Assembly (NCBI RefSeq): GCF_000146505.1
Contig: NC_017448.1
Span: forward strand, 780,001 to 812,000
Reading direction: 5' to 3'
Origin: Fibrobacter succinogenes subsp. succinogenes S85
GTDB taxonomy: Bacteria > Fibrobacterota > Fibrobacteria > Fibrobacterales > Fibrobacteraceae
DNA length: 32,000 bases
In this document: positions 9,950 to 19,525 of the stretch, piece after piece
Layout of the letters: every line of letters begins with the position of its first letter
Numbering within the stretch: the first letter of the stretch is position 1
The notes under the pieces: generated by a model
The model's database searches: none
Seen by the model: only the letters and a program-made list of their open reading frames with translations
Told to the model about the DNA's origin: nothing
Program-made: the position numbers and the translations under genes

Positions 9950-10195
9950 ATGAAAATCACTGAAGCCGTCGATAAATACAACGCCGCAGAACAGGAGCTC
10001 ATCATCGAAGCTTACGAACGCGAGGGAGGCGACACCGAAGATGTGGATCTCATCCTCCTTGACCGAATTTGCGCACGACTTGGACTCGGACTGGATAACG
10101 ACGATATAGACAACGACGACATCGCCGAAGAAGTCAATTTTGACGAATATGGGAGTCATTTCGGAGATGTGTCCGAAAGCGAGGATGAACTGTAA
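9950..10195 (+). CDS. Small highly acidic hypothetical protein (81 aa)
   Basis: GGAGAAAAAATG gives a strong RBS. The protein is MKITEAVDKYN... with a D/E-rich C-terminal half. Confidence 0.6.
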   Translation: MKITEAVDKYNAAEQELIIEAYEREGGDTEDVDLILLDRICARLGLGLDNDDIDNDDIAEEVNFDEYGSHFGDVSESEDEL

Positions 10196-10271
10196 AAACA
10201 AGTAGTGACATTTAATGACATTATCTTTATCTATTTTATAAGCAGTTAAAGATAAACATTAAAGGTCACAC

Positions 10272-10424
10272 ATGTTCAACATTCACCATCCTTTTAGCCC
10301 GAGCAAAATTTTTCTTCTTTCGTTAACGGTAATCGTTTTCGGGCTTCTCGTTTACCTCTCGGGGAGTTTTGTCTCTGCGACCGTTTTTTCTATACTGTAC
10401 GCATTTTTCGCCGTTGCCGATTAA
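10272..10424 (+). CDS. Possible 50-aa membrane micro-protein
   Basis: An ATG ORF I found by hand (MFNIHHPFSPSKIFLLSLTVIVFGLLVYLSGSFVSATVFSILYAFFAVAD), below the ORF-track cutoff. It is hydrophobic and its stop overlaps the stop of the convergent gene. There is no clear RBS. Confidence 0.25.
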   Translation: MFNIHHPFSPSKIFLLSLTVIVFGLLVYLSGSFVSATVFSILYAFFAVAD

Positions 10425-11440
10425 TCAGCAACACAGCGGACATAGAGTCCCTTGTAAACACTGACATCGGTACGATCGATATCCTTGTCAGAGCGATTGA
10501 ATTCCCACGAGCGTGCGGTATTTTCCTGGATAGAACTCTTGGACCAGTAATGTCCTGAATTAAAGCCATCGCAGAAATTATCCCAGTCCTGGCATCCGCC
10601 CTGCCCTAGATTGTCCCAATCAAGCGTTGCGCGGTCTTTCTGGAAATCACGCCATTCGCCATCATCCGGCAAATGCCATCCCGGAGGGCAAGCCTTGAGC
10701 GCATCTTCGTAGGTGTAATAGCGTCCGAATTTTTCGCAGAACGACTTATCTTCAACATAACACTGTTTTGCTGAGGTCACACTGAACGCAAGGTTTTTCA
10801 TCATCCAGATTTTACCACCGCGAACACCGACCTTGTACTTTTTATTATCGCGTTTATCCGTAAATATCATATCCTTCGGAGAGATATTCTTTTCAGCAAA
10901 CTGATCACGAGGAAAAACGCAACGAATCTGAACGGCATCGGCATCTTCAATATCCACGTATTTCGTAGTTCCACGCTTGGTTTCAAGCCTTATGACATGA
11001 TTGGCGGGGCCACGCACTGCAAAATACACAAAGCCCTTTCTTGCATTCACCACTTCATCCATTTCAAACTTGTAAAATCCACGTGAAGAGTTCCCTGCAA
11101 AATCACTCATATTCTGCATTTTGTCAGGACCAGAAAATTTATCTTCGATGAGTTCATCCCAGTCGGTTTCATCCGGGAGCTGTGTACCCTCCGGGCATGA
11201 AGCCTTCCAGCTATCGCTACGATAAAAAGGGATTCCGTTTTCGTCGGTAAAATATGAGGTCTTGCTGTACTTGAGACTTTGTTTAAACCAGTTTAACGAT
11301 CCTGATGGAATTCCACGATAAACGCGCCCATCTCTAAAATCCTTAAACTCTACTGCGTAATTATGGGTGACCACAGACACGGTCAAAATCGCTACGGCGC
11401 ACAACGAACGCCACACCTCATCCAACATCAATAACCTCAC
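10421..11440 (-). CDS. Secreted protein with two Fibrobacter succinogenes major paralogous (FISUMP, TIGR02145-type) domains
   Basis: CPEGTQLPDETDWDEL and CPPGWHLPDDGEWRDF modules, ending ...GLYVRCVAD. The N-terminus is hydrophobic. Confidence 0.85.
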   Translation of the reverse strand: MRLLMLDEVWRSLCAVAILTVSVVTHNYAVEFKDFRDGRVYRGIPSGSLNWFKQSLKYSKTSYFTDENGIPFYRSDSWKASCPEGTQLPDETDWDELIEDKFSGPDKMQNMSDFAGNSSRGFYKFEMDEVVNARKGFVYFAVRGPANHVIRLETKRGTTKYVDIEDADAVQIRCVFPRDQFAEKNISPKDMIFTDKRDNKKYKVGVRGGKIWMMKNLAFSVTSAKQCYVEDKSFCEKFGRYYTYEDALKACPPGWHLPDDGEWRDFQKDRATLDWDNLGQGGCQDWDNFCDGFNSGHYWSKSSIQENTARSWEFNRSDKDIDRTDVSVYKGLYVRCVAD

Positions 11441-11512
11441 AAATAATAGACTTACCGAGTAAGCCTACACAATATATATACGCTTTTTCGGAAAAAATGC
11501 TATAAAAAATTG

Positions 11513-12382
11513 TCAAAAGTAAAAAATAGCGCCTATATTGCCCGGAATTGCCCAAAAAGAAATATTCTTTTTACATAATTCATGCAATTTGAGGACTCCA
11601 AGGCTCACGCCCGTCCCCATAAGCGATCCAACTACCACATCAGTAGGATAATGTTTGCCCGCAACCACGCGCAACGCGCCAACGGCAGCCGCAAGTGTCA
11701 ATGACGATGCCCAGACGAGACTTTTGTACTGGGAGTTTGGGTAAATTTCAGAGAACCATTCGCCCGTAAACACAGCCACCGTAAACGCCGCCGAAGCATG
11801 CCCCGAATAAAACGAGCCATAAGCCTCCCCACGCGCGGACTCCGCCTTTCTGCGGCCTTCACCACGTTCCGCATAAATGTAAGGGCGCGGCCACAACTGC
11901 GTCGAACGGACAATCTGGTTCAAGGCATTCTGCAAGGCAATCGCTTCTACAAACATAAGCGTAAAGGCGCCAAAGTCATGACCATCGGCATCGCCCTTAT
12001 ACCAGGAGTACCCCGCCAAAGCCAAAGGAGCAACCACCAAGGCTCCCGAATAATGGCTCACGGTCATAGCCCACCCGCAGTAATGCCCTGCAAACGGGCG
12101 GTCCCAAGGCAACAGCTCCGATTTGGGCTTCAAGTCGCTCGAAGAGATGCGCGACATCCCATAGTACTGATAAACGCCTAGCACCGAAGTCATAACGATT
12201 CCAAGCGAAAGCGGAACATCCAAGCGGACAGAAACTTCGTAATGGCGAGGTGCGGGATTATCTACGAGGGATGCGCCGAGCATGTTCCGAGATGCGTCGG
12301 GCGTACCCAAGACAAGCGTTGCAGAACACAACACCGCAAAAAGCGCTTGAAACAAGCTTTTAAATCGCCCAGAAAACATCAA
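11513..12382 (-). CDS. PAP2-family (phosphatidic acid phosphatase type 2) membrane phosphatase
   Basis: The three PAP2 motifs are present: ...RPYIY, SFYSGHAS and RVVAGKHYPTDVVVG. The protein is multi-TM. Confidence 0.85.
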   Translation of the reverse strand: MMFSGRFKSLFQALFAVLCSATLVLGTPDASRNMLGASLVDNPAPRHYEVSVRLDVPLSLGIVMTSVLGVYQYYGMSRISSSDLKPKSELLPWDRPFAGHYCGWAMTVSHYSGALVVAPLALAGYSWYKGDADGHDFGAFTLMFVEAIALQNALNQIVRSTQLWPRPYIYAERGEGRRKAESARGEAYGSFYSGHASAAFTVAVFTGEWFSEIYPNSQYKSLVWASSLTLAAAVGALRVVAGKHYPTDVVVGSLMGTGVSLGVLKLHELCKKNISFWAIPGNIGAIFYF

Positions 12383-12488
12383 AAGTCCATTAAAAATTTA
12401 TATTCACAAAGACAAACATAAAAAAGTATTGGCGGAACACGTGACAAATTCGAATTTAAACCAGAACCGAGAACCTATCATCCCGAAC

Positions 12489-13394
12489 ATGGAACTTTTT
12501 GGAGCCATTTCCGACGAAATGCGCCTCAAGATACTGCTCCTACTGGACCAGTCCGAATTTACAGTCAACGAAATCAAGGACATTCTAGATATCCACCAGA
12601 GTAACGCAAGCCGCCACTTGGCAAAGCTTGCGCAATGCGGGCTCGTAAAAGACCGTCGCGACGGCATCAAGGCTTATTACCGCCTGAGTGAAGAACTTTA
12701 CATGAGCAGCCGCCTATTGCAGATTATCCGCGAAGCTTACGACGAACTGCAGGACAAGGATATTCTCAAGTGCCGCGCCGCACAAGCGCTCGAAGAACGC
12801 ACCGACAAAACCAAGGGACAAATCCACAAGCTCGACCAGGCCGGCGGCAGCCTCAAGGCTCAAATCAGCCTGTTCAGCAAGCTCATGGTGCCGTTCGAAA
12901 ACGCCGTGGACATCGGTTGTGGCGAAGGCGGAGACCTCTCGCTCATGCTCGCAAGCCGTTGCAAGAACGTGACCGCACTCGACTACGACCCGAAAATCAT
13001 TAGCGGATTCCAGCAGATTTTGCACCAGAAGGGCATCGAAAACGTGACGCCCAAGGTCGCCGACATGACGCAGACGGGTCTCCCGTCCAACTATGCTGAC
13101 CTCGTCTTGATGAGCCAGGTATTGCACCATGCGACCGACCCGCGTCTTGCCCTCAAGGAAGCGACCCGCATTTTGAAACCGGGTGGAATGCTTGCGCTTC
13201 TGGACCTCGCCCAGCACAAGGAAGAATCGTTCCGCACGACACACGGCCACATTTGGCTTGGTTTTGAACGCAGCCAGCTTGAATTCTTTGTGAAGGAGCT
13301 CAACTGCAAGGTGGTCGAGAGCGAAATCATCCCGAGTGAAAACGAAGTCGACAAAAAGCTCCCCGTGATTTGCATGATCATCACGAAGGAGTAA
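12489..13394 (+). CDS. ArsR/SmtB-family HTH regulator fused to a class I SAM-dependent methyltransferase
   Basis: ISDEMRLKILLLLDQSEFTVNEIKDILDIHQSNASRHLAKL (ArsR wHTH) is followed by VDIGCGEGGD ... LKPGGMLALLD (MTase motifs I and post-II). An upstream TTG at 12429 or GTG at 12441 are alternative starts. Confidence 0.85.
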   Translation: MELFGAISDEMRLKILLLLDQSEFTVNEIKDILDIHQSNASRHLAKLAQCGLVKDRRDGIKAYYRLSEELYMSSRLLQIIREAYDELQDKDILKCRAAQALEERTDKTKGQIHKLDQAGGSLKAQISLFSKLMVPFENAVDIGCGEGGDLSLMLASRCKNVTALDYDPKIISGFQQILHQKGIENVTPKVADMTQTGLPSNYADLVLMSQVLHHATDPRLALKEATRILKPGGMLALLDLAQHKEESFRTTHGHIWLGFERSQLEFFVKELNCKVVESEIIPSENEVDKKLPVICMIITKE

Positions 13395-13429
13395 GAAGTA
13401 GACAGTAGACGGTAGGAAGTAGGCGGTAT
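13395..13429 (+). repeat. Five tandem imperfect heptamers containing GTAG/GTAT
   Basis: GAAGTAG ACAGTAG ACGGTAG GAAGTAG GCGGTAT, read directly immediately after the stop codon at 13392-13394. Confidence 0.8.
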
Positions 13430-13496
13430 TAAAAAAATCGCTTGACCGCTTTGCAAAAAACAAATATTTTTACTTAAAAAGTCAAGGAGAAACCTT

Positions 13497-13607
13497 ATGG
13501 GAAAATTGATTAAGTACGTCGTCATCGCCGCAGTGTGCATTATTTCTGCATTCGGCATCTACAGTCTTGTCAAGACCGCCAAGACCGACGAAAACACGCT
13601 CGAATAA
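13497..13607 (+). CDS. 36-aa single-TM micro-protein upstream of the YfhO-like gene
   Basis: AAGGAGA lies 6 nt before the ATG. The sequence is MGKLIKYVVIAAVCIISAFGIYSLVKTAKTDENTLE. It is below the ORF-track cutoff and was found by hand. Confidence 0.55.
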   Translation: MGKLIKYVVIAAVCIISAFGIYSLVKTAKTDENTLE

Positions 13608-13689
13608 TCTCGATAGCAAATTCGTTCAAAAGCAAACAATTTAACAAACCGTAGTGGGCATCCTCTGCGGTATTTTTATATTTCCTAAC

Positions 13690-16296
13690 ATGAATTTTCT
13701 CAATAAGAAACCCGCATTCTTTGTGGCAATGGCCACAGTTTTCTTTGCGATTTTGCTGTTTGTCTTCCGCGATTTCGCATTCGATTCCAGTCAACTCATG
13801 CTCAACAGCGACCAGCTGAACGGCATCGGCAGCCGCATTTTGCGCACGTTCGACGTCATCCTCACGGAATGGGACGATAGCCGCCTTGGCGGTGTCCCGA
13901 CTCTTGACGCGCTCTTTGCCGACGCTTACCACCCGCTCGTGTGGACGCAGTTCATCATGGATCCGGCACGCGCCGTCGGTTTCAAGTTCATCTTGACCGT
14001 ATGGGTTGCCTTCATGAGCGCAATGCTCCTCGCCTGGAACTTGACCGGCAACAAGTGGTGGGGTTCGCTTCTCGGATTCCTTTATGCATTTTCGCCGGAA
14101 TACTTCACTTACATTTACGGTGGCCACGATGGAAAGATGATGGTTTTCGCCATCGCCCCGTTGGCTCTCCTTGCCATCCGTAAGATCGTCCGCGACGGTA
14201 GCCTTCCCTACCTTATCGTCTTTGCGCTTAGCGTCACCTGGATGATTCTCGGAAGCCACCTGCAGCTCACGTATCTCTTCTTGTGGGGTGCAGGTCTTTA
14301 CACGCTTTACGAAGCTGCCTTCCATTGCAACACACTTGCCATCCGCGGTAAACGAGTCGGACTCGCTGCCGCAGGCCTCGCCTTTGGACTTGCCCTCAGT
14401 TGCTTCCAGGTGATTCCGCCTTACCTCTACACCACGACGCAATCCGTCCGCGGTGAAGGAGACCACACCAATTACGGTCACGCCGTGAGCTGGTCCTTCC
14501 ATCAGGAAGAAATGGCACAGATGCTCATCCCAGGATTTATCGGTGTCGACGTCTACGAACAGGACGAAAAGACGAATGACCTGAAGAGCAGTTCCTTGGT
14601 CAACATCACCATGGACGAATACCGCAAGATGGCCGAATCCGGCAGTCAAGGGAGCCCGTTCTACTGGGGCCATAACAGCTTCAAGCTCGACCACAACAAC
14701 GCAGGCGCACTCCTCACGTTCCTCGGATTCCTCTGCCTGTTCCTACCGGGCAAGCGCCGTTGGGCTAGTTTCTGGGGACTCGGTGCCGTTGTCGCTTTGA
14801 GCTACGGCATGGGTGACCATTCTCCGCTCTTCAAGCTCTGGTACAATATTCTACCGGGCGTCAAGAACTTCCGCGCTCCGGGCATGGCCCTTTTCTGGCT
14901 CCCGCTCTTGCTCGTGATGATGGCAGGTCCTGTACTCAAGGCCATCTCTGATGAAAGCGAAAATGCCGCCAAGAACCATCGCGCACTGTTGCACGGAACA
15001 GCGATGTTCGTCATTCTACTTTTGCTCGTCGTGATTGCTCGTTTCAACTGGACACTCTTTATCAGCCCGTTCGGATTCGTCGTTTGCCTCGCCTACGCAG
15101 TCGCATGCCTCGGTGTGATGAGCCTAGACGATCAAGGCAAAGCAATTAACGTCAAAAATTTTATGGACGCATTCAAGGCAAAACTTCCGGGAACATCGAG
15201 AGGTGTCCAGGCAGCCGTCGTTATCGGATTTGCAATCATCGGGCTCTTCCTCATGAGCGGTCAGAAACTCTTGAACGACCCCGTCACAGCCCCGTACTTC
15301 AAGCCGCTGAACGAAGTCGTGATGAACGCCACCGCATCAAAGATTCTTCCAAGTTTCTTCTTGATTCTTATCGTCATCGGCGTAAGCTTTGCCGTATTCA
15401 AGTGGAAAGGGAGCATCCCTGCCAAGGTCGGCATTCTCGCAGCAGTTGCTGGCCTTGAGCTCATGACCATCAACGGTGCGTTTATCCAAAACGTGGCCGC
15501 CAAAGAATACTTGCAGCCGAACAACGGCGTCGTTGCCGCGCTCAAGGCTCCGTTCAAAGCAGATTCCATCAACCAACCGCGCGTACTTTCGCTCTCGCGC
15601 AACAAGGCTATCAGCGGAAACATCTTCCCACAGTACCACATGCGTAATGCGGACGGTTTCCACGACAACGAACTTGCAAGCTACCGCGAATTCCGTGGCG
15701 GTCAGGGCAATGCGAACTACTTGATGAACATCAACGAACCGGATGGAGCACATCCGTTCCTCGACTTGATGAACATCAACGCCATCATCTTCGACACACA
15801 GCGCGGCACGACCTACATGCCGATTACAACCGCCATGGGCGAAGCCTACATCTATGGTGAATCGACCACGATGGAAGATTCCAAGGCCATTGACGCGCTC
15901 AAGAACGGGTTTGCCTACCGCGAAAAAGTCATCCTCTCCGAAGAACCACAAAACAAGGGTGAAGGAGGCATCGCACAGGGCAAGGCAAAGCTTGTTGCAA
16001 GCCCGAAGATGGACACGCAAGTGTACCAGGTCGAAAGCGACCGCGCAGGCTTCATGGTTGTCGCAGGCAACTACCACCCCTACTGGAAAGCAACCGTCAA
16101 CGGCAAGGAAGCCAAGGTCTACAAGGCATTCGGCGATCTCCGCGCTGTCGAAATTCCGAAGGGCAAATCCGAAGTCCGCATGGAATACCGCAGTAAGCCG
16201 TTCCACGCTTGCCTGAAGGTGAGCCTGTTTGCTGCCATCTTGCTCATCGCCTTCGGCGTGTATGTATTCGTGAAGAACAAGAAAGCAACAACTTAA
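13690..16296 (+). CDS. Large polytopic membrane protein, YfhO-like
   Basis: An 868-aa protein starting MNFLNKKPAFFVAMATVFF. It has many TM segments over about 560 aa, then a soluble C-terminal domain and a final TM helix. The family call rests on architecture only. Confidence 0.75.
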   Translation: MNFLNKKPAFFVAMATVFFAILLFVFRDFAFDSSQLMLNSDQLNGIGSRILRTFDVILTEWDDSRLGGVPTLDALFADAYHPLVWTQFIMDPARAVGFKFILTVWVAFMSAMLLAWNLTGNKWWGSLLGFLYAFSPEYFTYIYGGHDGKMMVFAIAPLALLAIRKIVRDGSLPYLIVFALSVTWMILGSHLQLTYLFLWGAGLYTLYEAAFHCNTLAIRGKRVGLAAAGLAFGLALSCFQVIPPYLYTTTQSVRGEGDHTNYGHAVSWSFHQEEMAQMLIPGFIGVDVYEQDEKTNDLKSSSLVNITMDEYRKMAESGSQGSPFYWGHNSFKLDHNNAGALLTFLGFLCLFLPGKRRWASFWGLGAVVALSYGMGDHSPLFKLWYNILPGVKNFRAPGMALFWLPLLLVMMAGPVLKAISDESENAAKNHRALLHGTAMFVILLLLVVIARFNWTLFISPFGFVVCLAYAVACLGVMSLDDQGKAINVKNFMDAFKAKLPGTSRGVQAAVVIGFAIIGLFLMSGQKLLNDPVTAPYFKPLNEVVMNATASKILPSFFLILIVIGVSFAVFKWKGSIPAKVGILAAVAGLELMTINGAFIQNVAAKEYLQPNNGVVAALKAPFKADSINQPRVLSLSRNKAISGNIFPQYHMRNADGFHDNELASYREFRGGQGNANYLMNINEPDGAHPFLDLMNINAIIFDTQRGTTYMPITTAMGEAYIYGESTTMEDSKAIDALKNGFAYREKVILSEEPQNKGEGGIAQGKAKLVASPKMDTQVYQVESDRAGFMVVAGNYHPYWKATVNGKEAKVYKAFGDLRAVEIPKGKSEVRMEYRSKPFHACLKVSLFAAILLIAFGVYVFVKNKKATT

Positions 16297-16349
16297 TCTT
16301 AAACGTAATTTAAAGCATTCAATTTTTCAAATTTCAAAAATTCACAAAA

Positions 16350-16377
16350 GACCGTTCTCTACGAACGGTCTCTTTTT
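16350..16377 (+). terminator. Rho-independent terminator after the YfhO-like gene
   Basis: GACCGTTC-TCTAC-GAACGGTC followed by TCTTTTT. Confidence 0.8.
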
Positions 16378-16799
16378 ATGTCCCGTTCCGGTTCCGGAAA
16401 ATTCGCAGTTCGCCCTGACGCAGAAATAACGGTCTGAAATTCTAAATTTCCAAGATACTCAAAAGCGATCGAAAGGCCGCCTTTTTTCCAAAAAAAAGAT
16501 TTTTGAAAGTTTTCAACCCCACTGAGCCAGTAAATGATTTATATTTGTCCCGTATGAAAGTTTTTGGTAACATGGAAACGCTTTCCAATACGGCATCCGA
16601 CCTTAAGGAGCCGTTAAACCTGTTACCTCCCCCCAGCGAAAATTCTAGTTTACAAAACAAGGCTGCTAGCGAAAACACCTCCATCGGCCTGTTCGACGTG
16701 CATGTGTACATGGGGCAGTATTTCGACGATTACTATACGCCGACTTCCACAGGAATAGCAAATTAAGCCAAACAATCAAAAAAAAGATCACATACTTTT

Positions 16800-17612
16800 A
16801 TGGCCATCTTCTTAAACGACATATTAAAAATTGAAAATTTCGCAGATGTGAGAATTCGTTTTAATCTGCAAATGAATGGAAATTACAACCCTATTGATGC
16901 ATTCGATAAAAACAACCTCAAAAAATACATAGATGGACATTATTGGAATTATCCCCAAAGAAAATCTTTTAAACTTAATCAAAGGACGCTGGGCTTTATC
17001 CCCTACGACCGTAAAGATAATACATGGCTTTTATTCCATGCGGGCAAGGTGATTAAGGATTTAAACATACTCAACGGCGTAGGATACGACTATAGCGATA
17101 TTGAAGAATTTTCAAAATACTGCGGTCGTTTAATCATCAGATATAAAAACAAAAGTCGAAATCCCATCTTTTACGCCGAGACCTGTATAAACGATTGTGA
17201 AGTTGTTGAAATATTGCCAGATATATATGATGACGATGTTTTCCCTGGTTATGAGAACGTGAATATTTCTTGGGAAAAGCTGTCCCGTGTTATAAGTAAA
17301 GAGTCATGGAAAACAGCTCTTCAAAATCAAAAGGGCGTTTATTTGATTACTGATAAAAAAACGGGAAAAATGTATGTAGGGTCTGCGTATGGCGAAAACA
17401 TGCTTTTAGGTCGATGGACAAATTATGCAGAAAATTGTCATGGTGGAAACGTTGATTTCAAAAAACTTAAACCCAATTATATAAAGTCTAATTTTCAATA
17501 CACTATTTTGGAAATATTTAAATCGACTACTGCTGACGAAGTAATTATAAATCGAGAATCTTGGTGGAAAAACGTTCTTATGACAAGAGATTTCGGTTAT
17601 AATAACAATTGA
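16800..17612 (+). CDS. GIY-YIG nuclease domain protein with an uncharacterised ~170-aa N-terminal domain
   Basis: The C-terminal region GVYLITDKKTGKMYVGSAYGENMLLGRWTNY ... NRESWWK matches GIY-(10 aa)-YVG plus the conserved Arg and Glu. I recognise no motif in the N-terminal half. The gene is visibly AT-rich. Confidence 0.8.
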   Translation: MAIFLNDILKIENFADVRIRFNLQMNGNYNPIDAFDKNNLKKYIDGHYWNYPQRKSFKLNQRTLGFIPYDRKDNTWLLFHAGKVIKDLNILNGVGYDYSDIEEFSKYCGRLIIRYKNKSRNPIFYAETCINDCEVVEILPDIYDDDVFPGYENVNISWEKLSRVISKESWKTALQNQKGVYLITDKKTGKMYVGSAYGENMLLGRWTNYAENCHGGNVDFKKLKPNYIKSNFQYTILEIFKSTTADEVIINRESWWKNVLMTRDFGYNNN

Positions 17613-17654
17613 TTTTTAGTCTGTAATTTTCAACTTTTTAACAAAGGAAAATGA

Positions 17655-18680
17655 ATGGCTCTTTTTTGTAGAAAATGTGGAGAAGAAATAGGCCCCATTG
17701 ATTGTCAGATACATAATAGTTTATGTCATAACTGTTATAGAGAACAAAAAAAAGCTGAAGAGCATAGGGAACGCCTAGAGGAACTCAGAGAAGAAGAAGT
17801 CGAATACCAACGTCAGGCAGCTCGCGATGCCGAAGAAGCTAGACGCATTGCTGGCCTAACCACATTTACGTGTTGCCATTGCCAGGGAACATTTAATGAA
17901 GAACGAGGATATTCCGCGGTCGAATCCCCTATCGGCAAACCCGTTTGCAACAAATGCTTTGAACTGCTAAAAAAGTGCATTGATTGTAATCAGTACTTTT
18001 GGAAAAACGATCCTAGATCAACACCAATTCGCCTGATAGAAAAAGAATATTATAGAACAAAAACTTTTTTTGACGAGCCAGTCATATATGTAAAAGATAG
18101 AAACGACTATGTTTGTGACAATTGCGCTTCAACAGCTAAATATGAATCGTTCTTTGAAGAACAAAAAAAGCTGAAACAAGAATACGACACCCAAGAACGT
18201 ATCCGACGAGAAAAAGAAGCTGCAGAAAGAGCGGAACGAGAGCGCAAAGAAGCGGAAGCTGCTGAACAAGCTCGTATAAAAGCAGAACGAGAAAAAGAAG
18301 CCTACGAAGCAGAACGAAGGGAACGAGAGGAGGAAGAACATCAGAAAGCCGTTTTATTTAATGTCATTTTTGGAATCATTTTTACACTATTGTCAGCATA
18401 TGTATGCTACTCACTCATGTCCAACGTAGGCCTAATACTAGGTATAATATTAGGCATAGGTGTAACAACAATACGTTTAATTCAGCTATCACAAAATTTC
18501 GGAGACTTCCTAGTGAGAGTAGCCGTATGTATTGTGGGAAGTGCGGTTGTTTGCTGGTTGTTTGGACTCTTTTACGGGTTTGCTTGCTGGTTGTTTGGAT
18601 TTACAGATATTTCCGGAACAACTCTTTCTATAATTTGGCTAATACTGACACTAGTGTCAGTATTTCTGCTTAACAGTTAA
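17655..18680 (+). CDS. Multi-zinc-ribbon, coiled-coil, C-terminally 4-TM membrane protein (hypothetical)
   Basis: CxxC pairs at CRKC/CHNC, CCHC/CNKC, CIDC and CDNC. There are two E/R/K/A-rich predicted coiled coils (EEHRERLEELREEE...; RREKEAAERAERERKEAEAAEQARIKAEREKE). About 4 hydrophobic helices follow over the last ~110 aa. The gene starts 42 nt after the GIY-YIG gene on the same strand. Confidence 0.8.
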   Translation: MALFCRKCGEEIGPIDCQIHNSLCHNCYREQKKAEEHRERLEELREEEVEYQRQAARDAEEARRIAGLTTFTCCHCQGTFNEERGYSAVESPIGKPVCNKCFELLKKCIDCNQYFWKNDPRSTPIRLIEKEYYRTKTFFDEPVIYVKDRNDYVCDNCASTAKYESFFEEQKKLKQEYDTQERIRREKEAAERAERERKEAEAAEQARIKAEREKEAYEAERREREEEEHQKAVLFNVIFGIIFTLLSAYVCYSLMSNVGLILGIILGIGVTTIRLIQLSQNFGDFLVRVAVCIVGSAVVCWLFGLFYGFACWLFGFTDISGTTLSIIWLILTLVSVFLLNS

Positions 18681-18740
18681 TTACAAAGAAAGCACTTACC
18701 AAGAAAAAGTCAAAAGACATTAAGAAAACTGATAACAATA

Positions 18741-18764
18741 AAAGCCTCGCTTACGCGAGGCTTT
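18741..18764. terminator. Bidirectional terminator hairpin between convergent genes
   Basis: AAAGCCTCGC-TTAC-GCGAGGCTTT, with T-rich sequence following on both strands. Confidence 0.75.
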
Positions 18765-18807
18765 GCTATTTTCAACAAATCGGGAAAAACGACTTTTATT
18801 CGCACAC

Positions 18808-19484
18808 TTATTTCACAACAACGTTCGCAACGCCATAATGCCCCGCATTACGCACAACAACTAGGTAATGCCCTGCATGGACACCTGTTGAAAAGCGAAC
18901 CGTATTTGATGTTGTATGGATTTTTTCGACAACGGTTCCAATCGCAGAAACAAGGCTAACTTCGGTCACTCCGCGATTAGCAGGCGCAATGTTCGAGATG
19001 TCAATAACCTTGCCTTGCACTCTCACTTGCGGCACAGCGTCTTTAGCCCATCGCGCAACTTTTCGAACATTGGTCGTCGAATCTTGTTTTGAGCCGCCAG
19101 TATTGCTAGAATTCCCCGCAGCATACAGCGGAGCCAGAGCCTCCGCCCACAGGTGATGCATCGCCTGACCACCGCCTTCAGAATTCGGATGGACACCATC
19201 GCTTCCGAGGAGTTCCTGATGTTCGCGGAAATAGCTATAAAAGTCAGGGCCCTTCGGCAATTTATTGTCAAGAGCTTTTTAGGGCCCTCGCCCACCATCA
19301 ACACAATTTCCTTGGCATTGCTACTTTTCCAGTTCGTCAAATAGCCATCGGTCAAGTAATCCGTCGTTGTAGATTCCGTATGCGCCGGGATTCCGCCAGA
19401 AACAAGCTTGTTCGGGGTAATGCCATAAGCAAGCCCCATACCGCATGCGACCGCTACAGTCGCAAAGCTTTTAAAAGAAAACAT
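18808..19484 (-). pseudogene. Secreted SGNH/GDSL-type esterase with C-terminal sorting-domain-like tail, split by a frameshift at a homopolymer
   Basis: The signal peptide is MFSFKSFATVAVACGMGLAYG. The N-terminal frame ends ...LMVGEGPKK, and the second frame continues ALDNKLPKGPDFYSYF...GSDGVHPNSEGG (SGNH block V). Adding one A to the A5 run (T5 on plus at 19276-19280) fuses the frames. The length is 677 nt (3n+2). SGNH blocks I-III are not evident. Confidence 0.55.
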
Positions 19485-19525
19485 TCCAACACACTCCAAT
19501 AATAAAACTACACCAAAAATAACAA

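Noticed and set aside
12714-13463. 249-aa minus-strand ORF
   Set aside because: It is antisense to the ArsR-methyltransferase gene, whose HTH and SAM motifs are clear.
13570-16206. Long minus-strand ORFs (374 aa and 289 aa) inside the yfhO-like gene
   Set aside because: They are antisense shadows of an 868-aa membrane protein gene, with no motifs and no RBS.
16442-16766. Overlapping 89-aa (minus) and 87-aa (plus) ORFs in the gap before the GIY-YIG gene
   Set aside because: They have non-ATG track starts, no RBS and no recognisable motif, and they mutually overlap. I cannot support either as a gene. The region may be a remnant or a regulatory spacer.
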